A stretch of DNA of 64,000 bases from Sedimenticolaceae bacterium (lineage in GTDB: Bacteria; Pseudomonadota; Gammaproteobacteria; Chromatiales; Chromatiaceae): assembly GCA_965659945.1 (NCBI GenBank), contig CBFHYJ010000003.1:2222-66221 (forward strand). The letters run 5' to 3'. The notes below the pieces were generated by a model. The model was not told the DNA's origin. It worked only from the letters and a program-made list of their open reading frames with translations, and ran no database searches. The translations under genes and the position numbers were made by a program. This document shows positions 58,980 through 64,000 of this stretch, one piece after another. Position 1 is the first letter of the stretch, and every line of letters starts with the position of its first letter.

Positions 58980-59659
58980 AAACGCCGCTGATCTTATTAC
59001 TGGTCATTGCGGCCGTATTGGGTGGTTCGCTGTTGTTAAAAGAACCCAATAACGAGATCAGTCACCGTAATGATCTGCCGTGGATGGTCACGGTGAATAC
59101 CGACGGCACTTTGGGTGTGTTTGACCTAACGCTCGGTACTAGCACCGTTACCGACGCGGTGAAAAAATTTGGGCATATCGAAGATGCGGCTTTGTTTCGG
59201 CATCAAGATGGCACGCTCGATCTTGAGCTCTATTTTGGCTCTGTGATGCTAGGGCCGATTAAAGCCAAGATTGTGTCGCGTTTGGATGTGCCGCAAAACA
59301 AGCTCAACGAATTAATCACGCTAAACCCTGAACGTGAAGGCTCGCCGACGGGTGATTGGAAGTTTGCGCTACGCAATTACGATCGCGAATGGCTTGCTCA
59401 ACAAAAATTACTCAACTTAAGCTACATCCCCGGCACGCGAAGCTTAGATCATGCGTTCTTTTTAAAACGCTTTGGTGAGCCTGCGATGATGCTGCAAGAA
59501 AGTGAGCATGCAGTGAGCTGGTTCTACCCTGAGAAAGGCTTATCGATCTTGATCGATCAGGAAGCTTACGAGGTGATTGAGTACATTCAGCCTTCGCGCT
59601 TCTCACTGGCTGAAGGCGCTGTCGCGTTTGACAAAGCGAGCTTACCCGCCGCGAACTAA
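58976..59659 (+). CDS. Hypothetical exported/anchored protein
   Basis: 227 aa. N-terminal hydrophobic helix LILLLVIAAVLGGSLLL. ATGA overlap with the serB stop. No family recognised. Confidence 0.55.
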   Translation: MKTPLILLLVIAAVLGGSLLLKEPNNEISHRNDLPWMVTVNTDGTLGVFDLTLGTSTVTDAVKKFGHIEDAALFRHQDGTLDLELYFGSVMLGPIKAKIVSRLDVPQNKLNELITLNPEREGSPTGDWKFALRNYDREWLAQQKLLNLSYIPGTRSLDHAFFLKRFGEPAMMLQESEHAVSWFYPEKGLSILIDQEAYEVIEYIQPSRFSLAEGAVAFDKASLPAAN

Positions 59660-59908
59660 GGCATCCATTTTGGCTTTAGCGGCTTCCCACTGTTCATTGC
59701 CAATCTGCTCATCCACCATCATCTCTATCAGCGCATAAGCAATCTGACGTTGCTCAGCATTTAAGTCTTTGAGCTTATCGAGCTTGAACAGATAGCCCTG
59801 ACTTTTGAATTCCAAAGTGCTGATCAAGGCATACAAGGTGAGTGCAGGCGCAGAATGAGGGCCTTGTTCGATAATTTCGATAACTGAATCGAGTGGATGT
59901 GTGGTCAT
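59642..59908 (-). CDS. Hypothetical small acidic protein (88 aa)
   Basis: ORF track. It is divergent from purT. Its 3' end overlaps the convergent 58976-59659 ORF by 18 nt. No motif recognised. Confidence 0.4.
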   Translation of the reverse strand: MTTHPLDSVIEIIEQGPHSAPALTLYALISTLEFKSQGYLFKLDKLKDLNAEQRQIAYALIEMMVDEQIGNEQWEAAKAKMDALVRGG

Positions 59909-60012
59909 TAAGGTGCTCCAAAATTTGCCCTAGTTTACCCGCTTGGCTGTGTGCGCATGAAATCGCGCTTATTTGATACGCTAGGCGACCTAAAAACGAT
60001 CAGGAATAACAG

Positions 60013-61212
60013 ATGACGATTGGTACGCCCCTTAGTGCTTCTGCCACCAAAGTGATGTTGCTCGGCTCTGGCGAGTTAGGTAAAGAGGTGATCATTGAGC
60101 TGCAACGTTATGGCGTTGAGGTAATTGCGGTTGATCGTTATGCCAATGCGCCTGGTCATCAAGTCGCGCATCGTGCGCATGTGATCGACATGACGGATCG
60201 CGCAGCCTTGCGTGCATTGATTGATGCGGAGAAGCCAGACCTGATCGTGCCGGAGATCGAAGCGATTGCCACTGATGAGTTAGCCGCGATTGAACAAGAT
60301 GGTATCGCAACGGTGATCCCTACCGCACGCGCGACTCAGCTAACGATGAATCGCGAAGGTATTCGTCGTTTAGCCGCCGAGACCTTAGGTCTGCCGACCT
60401 CACCTTATGCCTTTGCCGATAGTCTGGAAGATTGTTTGGCGGCGGCTGAGAAGATTGGTTATCCAGTGATCATCAAGCCGGTGATGTCATCATCAGGTAA
60501 AGGGCAATCAACGGCGAAAACCGCCGATGAGCTGCAAGGCTGCTGGGATTACGCCATGTCAGCCGGTCGCGTAAAAGGTGCTCGCATCATTGTTGAGGGC
60601 TTTGTTGATTTTGATTATGAGATCACGCAACTGACTGTGCGCTCGGTTAATGCACAAGGTGAGGTGGGAACCACCTTCTGTGAGCCCATTGGTCACCGCC
60701 AAGAAAAAGGTGACTATGTTGAAAGCTGGCAGCCACAAGCGATGTCGCCGATCGCGTTGCAGAAAGCACGCGATGTCGCGAAAAAGATCACCGATGATTT
60801 AGGTGGTCGCGGCTTGTTTGGGGTTGAGCTGTTTATCAAAGGTGATGAAGTGTACTTCAGTGAGGTTAGCCCTCGCCCACATGACACCGGCATGGTGACC
60901 ATGGCGAGTCAATGGCAAAGCGAGTTCGCTCTGCATGCGCGCGCCATCTTAGGCTTACCGGTTGATGCATCGATGAATACCGCTGCCGCCGCGAGCGCGG
61001 TGATATACGGCGGCGTTGAGGCAGAAGGTGTCTGCTTTAATAGCTTGGAGTCTGCACTAGCCGAACCGAACAGCGAGGTACGCCTGTTTGGTAAGCCCGT
61101 TGCGTTTGAACGTCGCCGCATGGGTGTCGCATTGAATCGTGCCGAAAGCACCGATACGGCTCGGATGAATGCTAAGCGCATCGCTGACAGCGTGAAGGTC
61201 TGTAAATCATGA
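60013..61212 (+). CDS. purT: Formate-dependent phosphoribosylglycinamide formyltransferase
   Basis: 399 aa, near-collinear with E. coli PurT. Motifs: [56 protein letters not shown] and [15 protein letters not shown]. Confidence 0.95.
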   Translation: MTIGTPLSASATKVMLLGSGELGKEVIIELQRYGVEVIAVDRYANAPGHQVAHRAHVIDMTDRAALRALIDAEKPDLIVPEIEAIATDELAAIEQDGIATVIPTARATQLTMNREGIRRLAAETLGLPTSPYAFADSLEDCLAAAEKIGYPVIIKPVMSSSGKGQSTAKTADELQGCWDYAMSAGRVKGARIIVEGFVDFDYEITQLTVRSVNAQGEVGTTFCEPIGHRQEKGDYVESWQPQAMSPIALQKARDVAKKITDDLGGRGLFGVELFIKGDEVYFSEVSPRPHDTGMVTMASQWQSEFALHARAILGLPVDASMNTAAAASAVIYGGVEAEGVCFNSLESALAEPNSEVRLFGKPVAFERRRMGVALNRAESTDTARMNAKRIADSVKVCKS

Positions 61213-61802
61213 GATCGCTATTCGCTTTGAGCTTTTGCGCCATTAGCTCCATGGCGATTGCCAACAATGCGCCTTTGTTGATGACCGACGTGGAAGTCAA
61301 AGCACACACTGAGAGGCTCCAGTCACTCACGGGGGAAGCACGCGAGGCTTATCGTAATAACGCTTACGCGCAACTCAAACAGCGAGCTGTCGATTTAGGT
61401 TACGTCTTACCCGAACGCCCACCCTGGGCTAGCGCTACGTCTCAAGAAGAAATTTTGAAGATGGAAGCGATGATCACAATTCAACGTGCCGTCATTGAGG
61501 AAGCGAAAGCGGAACTGGCTGCGAAAGCGGCAGCTGCAAAAGAAAAGGCTGCACCGAGTGAGTCGGCTAAACCTGTTGTCACGCAGAGTGAAGCAAAAAA
61601 AGAAAAGCCAGCTGACATTGCTACAGAAAAAGCAGTCACACCAAAAGTTCAACCACAACGTCGTCAATATGTATGGCCGCAATATGCGCGCCCGGTGTTC
61701 CCACAGCCACCACAAGGGCAAACGCAACGCTGGTCACCTCAACCACTGCCGATAGCACCGTTTCCACCACAGCGCTTACCGCCACCGCAGCAGCCTCGTT
61801 AG
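61209..61802 (+). CDS. Secreted low-complexity protein (A/K/E-rich centre, P/Q-rich tail)
   Basis: 197 aa. Signal peptide [17 protein letters not shown]. The tail is [36 protein letters not shown] overlap with the purT stop. Confidence 0.55.
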   Translation: MRSLFALSFCAISSMAIANNAPLLMTDVEVKAHTERLQSLTGEAREAYRNNAYAQLKQRAVDLGYVLPERPPWASATSQEEILKMEAMITIQRAVIEEAKAELAAKAAAAKEKAAPSESAKPVVTQSEAKKEKPADIATEKAVTPKVQPQRRQYVWPQYARPVFPQPPQGQTQRWSPQPLPIAPFPPQRLPPPQQPR

Positions 61803-62381
61803 CTAGCGCTTTATCGTTTCAGCATCTGCCATCAATTGATGAATGCGCTGAACGTAATCACGGGTTTGCTTTGGCGCATATGGCTTAACTTGTTCCCAAC
61901 GCGACACATTGTCGTGCTTGCGTTTCGCACGGCTGACGGCGCGCAACATGCGACCAAAACCTGCGTTATAACTACCAAAGGTCATTGCAGGAAGATCCTG
62001 AGTCTGAAACTCGCCTTTATCTTTCCAGCGTCGGTAGAGCTTACGGTCATAGAAAATGCCTGCGGCAATATTCCAACGTGGCTGCGTGATATCGGCAAGA
62101 TAAGGCAGGTCATCTCTGATCTCGTCATAAGTCGACGGCAAAATCTGCATTAAACCAATTGCACCCATGTTGCTTTTAGCTTTGTGCTTCAGGCTGGATT
62201 CGGCAATTGCTTGAGCCTTAAACCAATGCCAGTCGATATGCGGCCCAAAATAATGTTTGGTGTATTTACGAAAAAGGTGATCGTATTTATCGGTCCATCG
62301 GTCATCGCGCACTGATCGATCGCCAAAGGCCAACACGACCGATGACATGCACAGCAAGATAATGAACAGGGACTTTCGCAT
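61803..62381 (-). CDS. Lytic transglycosylase (SLT domain) protein
   Basis: 192 aa with a signal peptide. The catalytic Glu context AQAIAESSL plus GAIGLMQILPSTY are typical of the SLT family. Confidence 0.85.
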   Translation of the reverse strand: MRKSLFIILLCMSSVVLAFGDRSVRDDRWTDKYDHLFRKYTKHYFGPHIDWHWFKAQAIAESSLKHKAKSNMGAIGLMQILPSTYDEIRDDLPYLADITQPRWNIAAGIFYDRKLYRRWKDKGEFQTQDLPAMTFGSYNAGFGRMLRAVSRAKRKHDNVSRWEQVKPYAPKQTRDYVQRIHQLMADAETIKR

Positions 62382-62390
62382 AAGTTTGGA

Positions 62391-62621
62391 TCAATTCAAA
62401 CCTAGGCCAATAACCAAACCCATTGCGACGCCAATACCGATATAAATGCCCATGATCATTTGACCAACGGCTTGGTTACCATTTTTCAATTGTTCTGGAA
62501 TGCTGAAGTTCACAATATGGCCAAAGATTTTACATCCCAGCCACATGAACAATAACGTCAAAACACCGCCCATGCAGGCGTAGATGATATTTAAGATAAT
62601 TGGATCAAGCGATTCCGTCAT
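62391..62621 (-). CDS. DUF350-family small membrane protein
   Basis: 76 aa with two helices. The loop EQLKNGNQAVGQMIMG matches the DUF350 (YjfL-like) signature as recalled. Confidence 0.65.
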   Translation of the reverse strand: MTESLDPIILNIIYACMGGVLTLLFMWLGCKIFGHIVNFSIPEQLKNGNQAVGQMIMGIYIGIGVAMGLVIGLGLN

Positions 62622-62677
62622 GGGGCCCCCTCATTTTTTCCTTAGCTTACGCCTTTAACGATCAGGATCAAGCCAAC

Positions 62678-63304
62678 TTAACGTCCTTTTAAATATTCTT
62701 CATCCTTAAAGGACCAAACCCATTGTGGACGCAGGCTGATCAGCACAGTCATCACGATGCCGTTGTAAAATGCTTCTGGGAACAACATTAGTGGTATATA
62801 AATGAGGTATTGCTCAGACAGCACTTCCCAGCTAGCCATATCCGATAAAAACAAACTTAAGGCACCGCCCATCGCCACGGCTAATGCAACCAATGCGCCG
62901 CAGAAAAAGGCATTCACAAAGGTATAGATAAAGAAGTGCTTTGGAAGATAAGCACGCGTTAAACCCAACATCACCTGCGTCAAAGTAGCTGGCAACAAGA
63001 CATGAAGCAAAATCATGCTTGGCACATTCATTATCGGTTCTTGCAAGGCAAGTGTTTGCACAATCACTGCCAAGCTACCGCCAAGTAACGCGAAGGACCA
63101 TCCCCACATCAGGGTCAGAAAGGTGATGCCTGAGACATGCCAACTAACACCCTCCATCACAGGGATACGCAGTGACCAAAAGAGCAATACAACTAACACG
63201 CTGAACAAGAACACGTTGATCAGCCGTTGATTACGCATGCGTGACCAATTCGCCCAGCGTAATGCAAGGATCAACAGAGGAATGAGCAGAATGGCGCTAA
63301 GCAT
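62678..63304 (-). CDS. Polytopic membrane protein, family unassigned
   Basis: 208 aa, ~6 hydrophobic helices. TAATG (1-nt) overlap with the upstream Rieske gene. Confidence 0.6.
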   Translation of the reverse strand: MLSAILLIPLLILALRWANWSRMRNQRLINVFLFSVLVVLLFWSLRIPVMEGVSWHVSGITFLTLMWGWSFALLGGSLAVIVQTLALQEPIMNVPSMILLHVLLPATLTQVMLGLTRAYLPKHFFIYTFVNAFFCGALVALAVAMGGALSLFLSDMASWEVLSEQYLIYIPLMLFPEAFYNGIVMTVLISLRPQWVWSFKDEEYLKGR

Positions 63305-63681
63305 TAGATCGCCGGAGGCGCCAAGAGCTCGCGAACCGTTGTGATATCAACTTTAACGTCATCGCCCTTTTGCAGCAGAGGCAGCGCAGTAAGCCCAACA
63401 CCATTGCACGGGCCACCGGCACATGCACCATCATCAATCACGAAGGCGGCACCATGCACGGCACACTGTATGAACTGCGCATCGGCATCGAGAAATTGAT
63501 CGGGAATCCATTCTAACGGCGCTCCCACATGCGGACACTGATTCACATAGGCATGCAGCGCGTTATCTTTTTTCACCACGAAGAATGCCGCACCTGAGGT
63601 AGAAAGGTCATCAAGTTTGTAGCCTTTCGCTGAAGGATCAGCCGCATCAAGCATCGCATCAATCTCCATCCACTCACTCAC
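63304..63681 (-). CDS. Small soluble Rieske [2Fe-2S] protein
   Basis: 125 aa. Rieske ligands CPHVG ... CAVHG with the usual spacing. Confidence 0.85.
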   Translation of the reverse strand: MSEWMEIDAMLDAADPSAKGYKLDDLSTSGAAFFVVKKDNALHAYVNQCPHVGAPLEWIPDQFLDADAQFIQCAVHGAAFVIDDGACAGGPCNGVGLTALPLLQKGDDVKVDITTVRELLAPPAI

Positions 63682-64000
63682 CAGACTACTCCTTCATGCT
63701 CAACCGAATCACCTGCTAACTGCACCGCATGCTGCAGAGCTGACTCCACATCCATACCGCGACAGATACCATCGATCATACCGGCGTTAAACACATCACC
63801 CGCGCCAACACTGTCTACAACATGAACGTTTTCTTTTGCTGGCGCGTAAAACATTTGTCCAAAATCGTTCTTTGCCCATGCCCCCAAGGCGCCCCATGCA
63901 CAGGTTGCAATGCCATGAAACTCGACTGCTTTCAGAAAGTCGTTGGCATTCGAAAAGCCACGTGATTGTGCATATTCCTTGGAGAAAAAGATCACATCAG
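63678..64000 (-). CDS. PfkB-family carbohydrate kinase, C-terminal part (gene starts beyond the window end)
   Basis: The frame is open to the window edge. The C-terminal motif VVDSVGAGDVFNAGMIDG is the PfkB/ribokinase signature 2. 4-nt overlap with the Rieske gene. Confidence 0.75.
   Translation of the reverse strand, partial: DVIFFSKEYAQSRGFSNANDFLKAVEFHGIATCAWGALGAWAKNDFGQMFYAPAKENVHVVDSVGAGDVFNAGMIDGICRGMDVESALQHAVQLAGDSVEHEGVVW

Overview
Gene-dense chromosomal segment of a gammaproteobacterium. Gene order looks Pseudomonas/Oceanospirillales-like as far as I recall: amgK divergent from lptD-surA-pdxA-apaG-apaH; trpE and trpGDC; rpe-gph; priA-argS-SPOR; porin-glnK-amtB. All family calls come from motifs I recognised in the supplied translations or in my own reverse-strand translation. 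No database search was run. Most of the window is housekeeping: metH, trp genes, argS, priA, purT, serB, speD, LPS-assembly and periplasmic-chaperone genes, nitrogen uptake. I saw no rRNA, tRNA, CRISPR array, transposase, integrase or phage gene. The largest non-coding gaps are 3843-4182, 15719-15957, 36132-36385 and 49458-49719. The best candidate for an undescribed system is a tightly coupled four-gene cassette at 17091-21568: a TM-anchored Sel1-repeat protein, a secreted vWA protein, and a MacB/FtsX-type ABC ATPase and permease. It sits back-to-back with a secreted endonuclease I gene. Secondary candidates: a TAXI-type binding protein with sensor-like topology in an amgK-HAD-TAXI operon; a Q/N/G/Y-rich secreted protein coupled to a monoheme cytochrome c, inserted between trpE and gph; a histidine kinase - REC/PAS regulator - cysteine-less ArsR - ZapE operon; an output-less PDC/Cache-like protein next to amtB; a stand-alone HNH nuclease beside priA; a small orphan transcription unit with a 29-codon hydrophobic ORF; and a PfkB-Rieske-membrane-DUF350-lytic transglycosylase string. 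None of these is proven novel. Each needs the searches named in the findings.
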